Source of the DNA: Eledone cirrhosa
Lineage: Eukaryota
Assembly: GCA_964016885.1 (NCBI GenBank)
Contig: OZ024747.1
Span: 31,930,001-31,994,000 of the forward strand
DNA: 64,000 nucleotides
Reading direction: 5' to 3'
In this document: piece after piece, positions 27,266 to 39,081 of the stretch
Numbering within the stretch: the first letter of the stretch is position 1
Layout of the letters: every line of letters begins with the position of its first letter
Made by a program: the position numbers and the translations under genes
The notes under the pieces: generated by a model
Database searches by the model: none
What the model was told of the DNA's origin: nothing
The model's input: only the letters and a program-made list of their open reading frames with translations

Positions 27266-28444
27266 GAAAAAAAAGAGTGAGAAAAAAATGAAAAAAAATA
27301 TAGGAATTGATCGACAAGATTCCAGACCTCACCCCCTTACCGGGTGGAGGAACAACGTTAAATAAAGTGTCTTGCTCCAGGACATATCACTTAGTCCCCT
27401 GTCCGGAAATCAAACTTACAACCTCATGATTATGAATCCAATTCTCTAACCAATACGTAATGCACTTTCATATATATATATGTTAGTTAGGTGTGTCACT
27501 ACAGTTACAGGCGGTGTGCCATTCGAACCACTCAATGCTGTTATGATGTCCTAGGTTGTGCATTTGTCTTTTTATTCTGAAGCATCTATTATTACTCTTA
27601 TGCCAATTGTTTCTGTTCTCATTTATTTCTGGTATTTCAGTAAATGTTAGGTAGATTCTTGTTGTAAATCTCATCTCAATTTCCAGTTGTAGCTATTTAA
27701 ATCTTTAAGCTGTCTCTGTTAAACCTTGGATGTAGTACTGTAGAAAATATGCCTTCCTCCATAGTAGGGAAAGAGGAGTTATTTTCATCAGGGAAGATTG
27801 CATGTTTAAACTGAATAGGTTTTGTGTGCAACTATAACAGAAATACCGTTACTAGCTCGTATGGACCTATACTGTTGTTAATGTCCTTGTTATTGTTGAT
27901 GATGATGTTGTTAATGTCCTTGTTGTTGTTGCTAATGACGTTGTTGGTGGTTGGGTAGGAGTGGTTATGTATGAATGGTGAGAAGGAGAGGGTGATAATT
28001 ATTAAATACCTTTACTAGTTTGTATGCTGGAGAAATGGATCTATTGCTGTTGTTAATATTCTTGTTATTGTTGCTGATGATGTTGTTGGTGGTGGTAGGA
28101 CAGGCTGGTTATATAGTAATGAGGAAGAGGAGAGGGTAAGAATTATTAAAAGTGTTTTGATGCAACTGTTGCCATGCATCCAATATATCTTGTTTTTCAG
28201 ATTTCACAAAAGCTTTTAATGATTCCTGTTTTTGCTCACACAAACACTGAAAGTCAGTACCCCCTTACACCACCATCTTTCTCTTTGTATTATTCCTCTA
28301 CCTCTCATCCTACTGATGGTACCACTGTTTGATCCATCCTTTCCAACCACCATTTCCCCCAAGTTGTTGCCTAATCCATTACTGTTCCCCAGTTTCTACT
28401 TTTCCTCAAAATCTATTCCCCACCAACACCTAACAGCATCATCT

Positions 28445-28477
<33 letters not shown>

Positions 28478-29374
28478 ACATAACCACTGCTGCCATCACA
28501 ACCATTGTAATCCCCTTATGTAACTATGACAATTATAACAACCATTATCACCACTACCATCACCACTACCAAAACCTCCATTAACATACCACCACCATCA
28601 CCACCACCAAAGCCCCCATCAACATACCATCACTACCACCTTCACCACCATGATGATTACTGTTACTATCACCACTACTATAGCCACCTTGAAAGTTTGT
28701 TGAACTGGTGCCACAAGAAAAAGCACCTGGTCCACCACATAGGTTGGTCTTATTGATGCTAGAAAAAAAGCAGCCAGTACACTATGTAAGGTGGTAGTGC
28801 TTATGCTACAGAAAAGCTCCCAGTTTATGTAGTAAAAGGATCATAATGGTTCCCCCCTTATGCAGTACACTCTGTAAGGTGGTTGGCATTAGGAAGAGAC
28901 ATAGAAGCCCAAATTAAAAATGGATTGTACAAGCAAGATTGTGTCACCTGTCCTAACATGACAACCCATTTAACTCATGCAAGAATAGACAATAGCTGTT
29001 AAATTGTGATGATGATGATCATCATGATATTCTCCACCAGGAAAAGCACTCTTCCCATGAATGTCACCATAACTTTACACCCTCATCTTAACACCACTAC
29101 TACCACCACGACCACTATAATCCCCTTCCTACCACCACCACCACCACTTCTACGTAACAATTATCATTACTTGTTCATTAACACAACTACCCAATATAAC
29201 ATTTCCTAATCAATATCATCAAATATTTGCCCACCACCCATCACCATTTCGTGTAATATCACCACCAGTGCTACTGCCAATATTATCTAAACCCCCCTCG
29301 CCCCACTACTACCATCATCACTATCATTATTACTGCAAATTCATCCTACAACCTCCTGCTCCTCGCATTGTAAT

Positions 29375-31100
29375 GCCACCACCAACACAACCACCACCAC
29401 TACCAACACAACAACCACCACCACAACAACCACCACCACCACAACCACCACCACCACAACCACCACCACCACCAACACCACAACCACCACCACCACAACC
29501 ACCACCAACACAACCACCACCACCACAACCACCACCACCAACACAACAACCATCACCACAACCATCACCAACACAACCACCACCACCACCAACACAACAA
29601 CCACCACCACCACCAACACAACCACCACCACTACCAACACAACAACCACCACCACAACCACCACTACCATCAACACAACAACCACCACCACAATCACCAC
29701 CAACACAACAACCACCACCACCACTACCAACACAACAACCACCACCACCACAACCACCACCAACACAACAACCACCACCACAACCACCACCAACACAACA
29801 ACCACCACCACCACCACAACCACCCAACACTTCCACCACCACCACCAACACAACAACCACCACCACCACCACAACCACCACCACTACCAACACAACCACC
29901 ACCAACACAACAACCACCACAACCACTACAACCACCCACCACAACCACCACCACCACCACCATCAACACAACAACCACCACCACAACCACCACTACCATC
30001 AACACAACAACCACAACCACCACCAACACAACAACCACCACCACAATCACCACCAACACAACAACCACCACCACCAACACAACAACCACCCAACACAACC
30101 ACCACCACCATCAACACAAAAACCACCACCACAACAACCACCACCACCACCACCACCACCAACACAACAACCACCACAACCACCCAACACAACCACCACC
30201 ACCACAACCACAACAACAACCACCACCACAACAACCACCACCACAACCAACACAACCACCACCACCACCACAACCACCACTACCATCAACACAACAACCA
30301 CCACCACAACCACCACCAACACAACAACCACCACCACCACTACCAACACAACAACCACCACCACCACCACTACCAACACAACAACCACCACCACAACCAC
30401 CACTACCATCAACACAACAACCACCACCACAACAACCACCACCACAATCACCACCAACCACCACCACAACAACCACCACCACAATCACCACCAACACAAC
30501 AACCAACACAACAACCACCACCACAACCACCACCACTACCAACACAACAACCACCACCATCACCAACACAACAGCCACCACCACAACCACCACCACCAGC
30601 ACGTCCACAACAACCACCACCAACAACAACACAACAACCACCACCAACACAACAACCACCACCACAACAACCACCACCACCACCAACACAACAACCACCA
30701 CCACAACCACCACCACCAACACAACAACCACCACCAAAACCACCACCAACACAACCACCACCACCACAACCACCACCACCACAACCACCACCACCACAAC
30801 CACCACCACCACCACCAACACAACAACCACTACCAACACAACAACCACCACCACTACCAACACAACAACCACCACCACAACCACCACCAACACAACAACC
30901 ACCACCAACACAATAACCACCACCACTACCAACACAACAACCACCACCACAACTACAACCACCACCAACACAACAACCACCACCACAACCACCACAACAA
31001 CCACCACCAACACAACAACCACCACCACCACCAACACAACCACCACCAACACAACAACCACCACCACAACCATCATCAAAGCGACTTCTACAACAACTAC
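29375..31100. repeat. CCA/ACA-rich compound low-complexity repeat
   Basis: Recurrent ACCAACACAACAACCACCACC motif. The sequence is almost only A and C. Confidence 0.95.
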
Positions 31101-31287
31101 AATTAGCAGCAACACCACAACCAATGAAATAGTCCCCACAAGATTATTTGACTGGTAGAAATAGCTACTAAATCTGCCTTAAATCACACCTTGCTGCTAT
31201 ATAACTGGATGGTTAAACTGGATAATGTAGTCTAAAAAAAAGGATAGGATGGACACGGCTAGAAAGCTTTTCATAATGCATCTAATG

Positions 31288-31495
31288 AACCACAGCTACA
31301 TTGTAACAAGACAGACCTGGGGTTAAATCACAGGCGCAACCTAACAAGGCAAATCTGGAGTTAAACCACAGCTGTATCATAACAAGGCATACCTGTGGTT
31401 AAACCAAAGCTTCAACCTAACAAGATAGACTTGAAGTTAAACCACAGTGGCATCTTAACAGGGCAGAACTGGATTAAACGACAGGTGCATCTTAT
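31288..31495. repeat. Degenerate ~39-bp tandem repeat, about 5 copies
   Basis: AACCACAG...TAACAAG..AGACCTG..GTTA units. Confidence 0.7.
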
Positions 31496-32544
31496 CCACC
31501 TATACTAATCGATCCTTCCACCAATACCTCAATCCACAAATTTCTATCTTCACACCTATCCCTAACCACTAATATATACTACATGATGCAAAGAGAGATG
31601 GAGAGAAATCTATGGATACTTCTATTTAAAATATGATTCACCCAGTAACACCCTTTTAAAAACAAACAGTAAAGCAAATGATGGATCAACTAACCAACCC
31701 ACCAACCGGCCTTCCAGCCAGCCAGCCAGCCAACCAACCAACCAGTCAACCAACTAGGCAACTGGTCAGTGTGGCAACTGGTGGGTGTCATTCAGCCAGC
31801 TCCAGATAGCTTATCTCCAACCAAGCAGCCAGCCAGCCAGCCAACCAACCCACCTACCAGCCAGTAAGGCAACTGGTGAGTAAGTCAGCCAACTAAACAT
31901 TGCTTGCTTGCCATCACATTAGATACATTATACAATATATCCATCTTTCTCTCATACACACTGCATAACTCTACTGCACACTCTTTCACAGATCACTTAC
32001 ATACACTTCCCATCAACCTCCATTATCCTCCTCCACCTACTACTACTGCTGCTTTTTACCATTCTCTTCATGACATATAGTTTCACTTTCACTTTCAATT
32101 TGTTTTTTTATTTTTATTTGCACTCTTCCCTCTCTTCTCTTACTTTCTTACTTTCTCTGGGGCTCTAGATCACTTACTCACTTCTTCCTTTTTCTGCTAT
32201 GTACTTCCACAATCTTCCTTTTTCTGCTATGTACTTCCACAAAACTGCTAGACTTCCACAATCAAACCTATTTTTCTTGTCCTTTCTTTCAGCAAGAACA
32301 GACAAACAGTAAAACAGGAAAGCAGTCAGACAAGCAAGACACACCAGCAAGCAGGCTGAAAATCAAATAGAGTAAGAAGCAGGCAGGCACACAGGTATGC
32401 AGATAGGCAAATTGCTACACCAACAAGTAAGCAGTTATCAGCCTCCCAAGAAAGAAAGCTTCCTGACATTCTGTAAACCAGCAGTATTTGACCAGTTAAG
32501 TTAGTCAGTCAGATATTTTGATCAAGTCCATCCAAGGTCATGGA

Positions 32545-32825
32545 GATGTGTGGCCTAGTGGTAAGTGTGTTGGACTTATGATTATAATGTAGTGGGTTTG
32601 ATTCCTTGACAGGGTTGTGTGTTGTGTTCTTGAGCAAAACACTTCATTTCCCATTGCTCCAGTATACTCAGCTGAAAATGAGTACCAGAAATAGCCAGTG
32701 GTTTAACCCAGCTATGGACTGACATCCTGTTCAGGGAGAATCTTAGACTCTCAGTCGTTACATGCCATGGAAACCAGGATAAGTATCGACCTGATGAGCC
32801 TCTGAGCTCGAAACAGACTTTAGAC
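32545..32825 (+). mobile_element. tRNA-derived SINE, third tail type
   Basis: A-box TGGCCTAGTGG, B-box-like GGTTTGATTCC, tail ...CCTGATGAGCC...CTCGA.ACAGACTTTA. A second copy lies at ~43232-43475. Confidence 0.85.
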
Positions 32826-33447
32826 TTCAGATCCAAGGTCTGGAGAATTCTACCACAACTACCTTTAGTCTCTCCCCTATCATACCCTTCTAAGCTGGGC
32901 ACCACTCCATTATTAGCTCTTAAACCATTTGTCAGGGAGTTACTTTATTTTTTTACAGAAGTAGGTAGGAGGGAATTTATGATAATGATAATAAGTATGG
33001 TGGAAAGCTTGGTTAAGGATTGGGATGTATAGTCCTAATAATATATTTTCATTTGATTAATTACTGAATCTTACAGGACTAGTACTGTTTCATTGGAAGC
33101 AGTTTAAGAACTCAATGTTATTTCATGAATAGAATGTTCCATGTTGATCATTTATTTGTGAAACTGTTTTGATTCATTATGAATAAAATGTTAAACTGAA
33201 ATTACTAGACATGAAATGGCCATGAGGATGATTATAGGTGGCTGTTGCAGTCTCGTTACATATGCTAAGTTTAAGATGATGGGTGGTCCACGTTTGATTT
33301 GCTGAATTTAGAGTGTAACTATGGTTTGGTTTGGCTGGAATCATCGTTACAGATTGGTATTTGGATTAGGGTGTTTGCCGAGGGTTAGTAGACCAAATGG
33401 AGCAATAATAGTCTTATTTACATGAGTGTGTGTGTATATATATATAA

Positions 33448-33638
33448 AGGTAGAACACTGGAAGGTAATATCCGTAGTGGTAGAGCACTCAGTCCATGGG
33501 ACAAGTTTGGTAGAAGTAGTAACAACAGTTAGTTCACCATACCAAGAACAATTGTTTCACCCTATGCGGATCTCCAGCTGAAGATCTGCAAGGTGAAACA
33601 ATTGTTCTCGGTATGGTGAACTAACCGTTGCATTACTA

Positions 33639-33641
<3 letters not shown>
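33448..33641. mobile_element. Palindromic PLE-like mini-element in (TA)n
   Basis: Fold-back 33514-33641 centred on AG|CT, where the hammerhead core CTGAAGA begins (33578). GAAACAATTGTT at 33595. Confidence 0.75.
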
Positions 33642-33685
<44 letters not shown>

Positions 33686-34114
33686 GAAGTATTTCTGTCG
33701 GAAAGGTACAGGAAAAAAAGAGTGCTCTATGTAGGCTACAGAGCTTATTAGTTATGTAATAAACAACATAAGATAATTATTTCATTTACCAGTGGTTTCT
33801 TGACGACAGGTGTTGTATCTGTCTTCGGTCGTCATAAATAAAAAATAAAATTTAGGAAATATGAAAGTGAGGCTGAAAAAAACCGGTGAAAAGGAAATAG
33901 GGGAAAAAACATATATATATATATATATATATATAAGAATAAAAATATAAATATCCAGAACGTAAACATGCACACAATCAACTACACACATATACTAAAA
34001 AGTATGTAGACGTAAACTCACACAAACGTATTAGCGTCTACAAAGAAATATGGACAGGAACATAAATATGTACACATACATATACACAGATATATGCACT
34101 TCTTATATATATAT

Positions 34115-34522
34115 TTTTTATTATTTTTTTCCCCTATTTCCTTTTCACCGGTTTTTTTTCAGCCTCACTTTCATATTTACTAAATTTTATTTTCAAATCC
34201 ATATTTAATAAAAATATCATGTTTTTTATTCATTCTGATGACTGAAGACAGACACAACATCTACCCAGCGAATTTTCAACCGTCAAGGTTGTTTTCCATG
34301 GTTATGTCACTATTTATAAAACAAATTTTGTATTTTATCTGATGAAAGCGCACCAAGATTGGCTTGGTTGCCCTTGAAATATATATAATAAAATAATTAT
34401 GGTTTTATAAATATAGTTTCCATTTATTAATATATTGAATATTTAATCCAGTTATCTATTGAGTGCTCTATATCAGTTATAAACTTTTAAGTTTGTTGGA
34501 ATCCCAACAAATTAAATATAAC

Positions 34523-34527
<5 letters not shown>
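34115..34527 (+). mobile_element. PLE-like terminal fragment; inverted related piece at 33685-33909
   Basis: Contains the 34331 hammerhead. The 3' part is homologous to 45700-45926. 34125-34193 is an inverted copy of 33842-33909. Ends in (TA)n. Confidence 0.75.
34331..34395 (+). ncRNA. Type I hammerhead ribozyme
   Basis: Stem I TATTTTAT/ATAAAATA; core CTGATGA; stem II AAGCGCACCAAG/CTTGGTTGCCCTT; GAAA; stem III from ATATATAT; predicted AUA cleavage after 34387. Confidence 0.8.
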
Positions 34528-34578
<51 letters not shown>

Positions 34579-35182
34579 GATCAAGACATTACAATCTTGA
34601 CCAAAGACACTGACTTCTCTAGCTATTCTAAGTACCACTACAACACATTATACTCCTTTTCCTAAGTAGTTACATACACTCTTTCTTGTCTCACACTTCT
34701 CTTCACCTCACAATACACTTACTGCATCTCAAACCGAAACACATACTAACTACAAGCTCCCAATCTTTCACCACCATAACAACAACTCTCTAGAAATCCC
34801 TCCATGCTCAGTTTTTTCTTCTTTTTTTGCAGACATTCACATATAGATATTCAAGCTGAATATAAACGGTTTTGATCGGAGCCATTTCAGAGGGCCCCAC
34901 AAAGGTCATTTGTATGGCACTCCTTCATAAAGAATAAGTTTCTTTAGTCAAACAGCCAAAACTGTTTTATATAGATAGCATAGATTATTGAATTGATTAA
35001 GCCCTGGGAAATTATATAACTCAAACTTCTTTTATTGATGGTCATTAAAGTTGACACTAGCAGAATTCAAATTGCACTCACACATAGAATTTATTTGGTA
35101 TTACAGCCCTTAGTATCGTCTATGTAAACAACACTAAATATTATTCAGAAGAAAATATTAAGTAATAATTAATGATATAGCG

Positions 35183-35240
<58 letters not shown>

Positions 35241-35243
<3 letters not shown>

Positions 35244-35431
35244 CAAAGGAAATGTGGTAAGGAACCAGATGGACCATAACGCACCAGAGTACTCAATACT
35301 TAGGGTAGTAGAGTGGGAAATAGGAAAAAGTATGACTCCGACGGCAGAGCTCAAGCCGTTTCGACGGCTATTTCCAGAAATAGCCATCGAAACGGCTTGA
35401 GCTCTACCGTCGGGGTCATACTTTTTCCTAT
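35241..35431. mobile_element. Palindromic PLE-like mini-element in (TA)n (hammerhead truncated in stem II)
   Basis: 55-bp arms at 35320-35374 and 35377-35431 containing TCGAAACGGCTTGAGCTC. Partial copies at 9423-9467, 9803-9853, 25268-25320 and 38027-38145. Confidence 0.7.
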
Positions 35432-35958
35432 ATATATATATATATATAGCTAAGTGTATTTGGTTTAGAATAGGCACCGTGTCTCTTTGATAGTTGTAAC
35501 AAACATCTAAAATGGTTGGTCTCAAGATGGGTGTACGGCTGTAAGATAATGTTTCAAGATTCTAGGCCACCATGAAAAGGATAACATAAATATGATGATA
35601 TATATCATCATCATCATCATCTAATGTGTTATGTTCCATATGCACATACACTCACAAACACACATATACATGAATGCATCAAACTTAGTTTTCAGTATGT
35701 TAGGTGCTTATGAAAATGATTATAAACATGTACATAGAGAGATAACTTGCTGTGTACATATTCAGAGTAGTACAATATTAAAGGAAACCAACAGATAATG
35801 AAAGAACTTACACAATATTTATTTTCTTTCTTCTGTTCACTTACTGATTTTAGATATTAGGCTGCTACCATGCTGGTATACCACCTTCGATGTATATATG
35901 TTAGATAGATACACAGTGTGTGGGTATGTATTATATATATATATATATATATATATAC

Positions 35959-35994
<36 letters not shown>

Positions 35995-36123
35995 CCTTTT
36001 TCTATAGTAACACTTAACAAGATTGTTTACCATACAAATATATAGATAGAGAGAGAGAGAGGGGGAGGGAGAGAGAGAGGGGGAGGGAGAGAGAGGGAAA
36101 GAGGGAGATAGAGAGAGAGAGAA

Positions 36124-36154
<31 letters not shown>

Positions 36155-36680
36155 TGTAGCTGAATCCTTGGCAGAATTCCAGGCATAGAAACAAAATATG
36201 GATTTGGAAGGCTTTAAAGTGAGTTTAGCTAAGACTAAAATGCTAGTAACTAAGTAAATAGGCAAAACACTGACCCTACTAGGTAAATGGCTGTCCTCTG
36301 TATGCAGAAAAGGAGTTAGTAGGAATTCCATGTTGTGCACTAAATGTAAAATATATACAAGATTTAGTGGCATCTCAAGCAGGCTAACAAAGAATGTAGA
36401 TTTCAAATAAGACAGGAGCAGTAAGTAGCATGAACATACATGAAAGAAGCTATATCAAATGCTCTGATGCATCGTTAGAAATAGTTGGCAGTCACTGCTA
36501 CCAGGGTGACCCAAATTAGTAATGGAATTGGTTGGGTAGGTGTTTGGAAAGTGCAGTAGCCAGGGTGAAAACAGGGTAAACAATTTCCGAGAGCTACAAT
36601 CAGGTCCATAAAGAAAAATTTTGCAAAGAGGTACAAACCACTTTGAGGCCTGCACTACAGATGGCTTACCTACACAGGAT
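36155..36680 (+). mobile_element. Degenerate RTE-clade LINE fragment
   Basis: Translates to GFKVSLAKTKMLV...GKWLSSVCRKGVSRNSMLCTKCK...ARVKTG..FREL...FEAC, the post-RT region also seen in ORF 48673..48960. Confidence 0.75.
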
Positions 36681-37595
36681 GACCACTTCTCATTCTGCAC
36701 TACAGATGGCTTACCTACACAGGATGACCACTTCTCATTCTGTACTACAGATGGCTTACCTACACAGGATGACCACTTCTCATTCTGCACTACAGATGGC
36801 TTACCTACACAGGATGACCACTTCTCATTCTGCACTACAGATGGCTTACCTACACAGGATGACCACTTCTCATTCTGTACTACAGATGGCTTACCTACAC
36901 AGGATGACCACTTCTCATTCTGCACTACAGATGGCTTACCTACACAGGATGACCACTTCTCATTCTGCACTACAGATGGCTTACCTACACAGGATGACCA
37001 CTTCTCATTCTGTACTACAGATGGCTTACCTACACAGGATGACCACTTCTCATTCTGCACTACAGATGGCTTACCTACACAGAATGACCACTTCTCATTC
37101 TGCACTACAGATGGCTTACCTACACAAGATGACCACTTCTCATTCTGTACTACAGATGGCTTACCTACACAGGATGACCACTTCTCATTCTGCACTACAG
37201 ATGGCTTACCTACACAGGATGACCACTTCTCATTCTGCACTACAGATGGCTTACCTACACAGGATGACCACTTCTCATTCTGCACTACAGATGGCTTACC
37301 TACACAGGATGACCACTTCTCATTCTGCACTACAGATGGCTTACCTACACAGGATGACCACTTCTCATTCTGTACTACAGATGGCTTACCTACACAGGAT
37401 GACCACTTCTCATTCTGCACTACAGATGGCTTACCTACACAGGATGACCACTTCTCATTCTGCACTACAGATGGCTTACCTACACAGGATGACCACTTCT
37501 CATTCTGCACTACAGATGGCTTACCTATACAGGATGACCACTTCTCATTCTGCACTACAGATGGCTTACCTATACAGGATGACCACTTCTCATTC
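36651..37595. repeat. 45-bp minisatellite, 21 copies
   Basis: TGCACTACAGATGGCTTACCTACACAGGATGACCACTTCTCATTC x21, nearly invariant. Confidence 0.99.
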
Positions 37596-37981
37596 CCCAA
37601 CACTGCCAAATTATCCCTGAATTACCCCCTTCCTACAATGACAGTATCGAAAGCCAGATCACACACATATATACTACTGCCAGCCATCACTAAGGCAACC
37701 CCTCCTTCTATGGAATAACAAATAGGCTACACCTCACCACTCCATGAAAAAAAAACAGAAAATGAATAGTGAGAGAGGGAGAGGGATGAGGAAAAAAAAG
37801 AGAGAGAAGAAATGAAGAAAAAGAGAGGGAGAGAGAGGGGTAGGGAGATACTTATCACATTATCACACTTGTCATGTTCAATGACATTATGAAATCTTTC
37901 AGCTCAAGATAATGCATTACAATTCTCACTGACATAAAGAAGTAACCCAAATACTGAGCTTGCACATGTGCACAAGTGTGT

Positions 37982-38020
<39 letters not shown>

Positions 38021-38144
38021 TATATTGGAAAATACTCTGAACCCCGACAGCAGAGCTCAAGCCGTTTTGACACCTATTTCTGGAGTCCAGACTCTTTTCC
38101 TATTATCGAGTACTATGGTTGGTCCACCCGGTGTCTTACCACAC

Positions 38145-38310
38145 GCAGTATCGGTAGAGGGTCGGACGCCATGCTTTCCAGCATAGTTACGTCCCTTTAC
38201 GATCTGAGTTCAAATCCCGCCGAGGTTGACTTTGCCTTTCATCTTTACGGGGTCGATAAAATAAAGTACCAGTAATGCACTGGGCTTGTGCCTAAAGTAG
38301 AAACAATTAT
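38145..38310 (+). mobile_element. Young SINE copy (core family)
   Basis: GCAGTATCGGTAGAGGGTCGGACGCC...GAGTTCAAATCCCGCCGAGGTTGACTTTGCCTTTCATC...AAGTAGAAACAATTAT. Confidence 0.9.
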
Positions 38311-38614
38311 ATATATATATAAATGTGTGTGTGTGAAAAAAATATATGTATATATGTGTGTGTGATGAGAATGTATGTAAACAATACAAAATCAGAATAT
38401 ACAGTGAAGGGAGAGAGGAAAGGAATATACAGTGAAGGGTGCATAAGTATGGCAGATTTTCAATGTTTCCTTTTGGAAAAGCTTGTAGACCCATTGGAGA
38501 CATACTTTAAACAGAAGAGAATGTTGCAATCCATCTGACTCCAACTATTAGTTATGTCAGCCATTTTGATATAATTTAGATTTACATATATGCCTTTTTT
38601 CTCTCTCTATCTGT

Positions 38615-38648
<34 letters not shown>

Positions 38649-38686
38649 AAACAAGGATGAATGTTTCTCCATTACATTTATTGGTT

Positions 38687-38760
38687 GGTGACACGTGTTT
38701 CGCTATTGATCAGCTCTGTATCGATCTAGCCCGGCTGTGTAATCAATGACTCGTCAGACC
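38687..38760 (-). ncRNA. Type I hammerhead ribozyme within PLE-like element 38645-39045
   Basis: The reverse complement reads GGT-CTGACGA-[GTCATTGATTA...TGATCAATAGC]-GAAA-CACGTG-TC-ACC. GUC site and palindromic stem III, followed by AATAAA and then (TA)n. Confidence 0.8.
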
Positions 38761-39081
38761 TCTGTGGTAGTAATGACTGACTATACGTGGCGTATGAAGA
38801 AATCTAACATTCATACGTTGGTCAGTTTAAGTTGTTTTAATTGGTGGTTAATTACGAGGAATGTTTTCGCCTGTAGTGTAGGTGGTGGTGAGGGGCAGAG
38901 GTTGATGTGAGTGGCGGGGTATGGAGTTGTCTCCAGACAAGTGTGTATATTGAGGTTGATGCTCTGTGTGGGGTGTGGATGTGGTGCGGTTTATGATACT
39001 GAATGAAATATTGGGTGTGGTAAGGGATTGTTAAACTCACCCGATATATATGCTACACAAACACACAGACAATAGCACACA

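Noticed and set aside
27480-27840. Possible PLE endonuclease C-terminal remnant (TCNL...LMK on minus strand)
   Set aside because: Too degenerate to support without a homology search.
29268-31106. 612-aa Pro/Thr/His-rich ORF (mucin- or extensin-like)
   Set aside because: An A/C-only repeat cannot form stop codons. The same DNA motif is read in all three phases along the ORF, so frame is not preserved.
32786-32825. CTGATGAGCCTCTGAGCTCGAAAC as a hammerhead
   Set aside because: Stem II pairs only by using core bases, and there is no stem I or III. The sister copy at 43442 has GAGAC instead of GAAAC. It is the SINE 3' stem-loop.
36455-37718. 325-384-aa ORFs on both strands
   Set aside because: Products of the 45-bp tandem array, with no domain outside the repeat.
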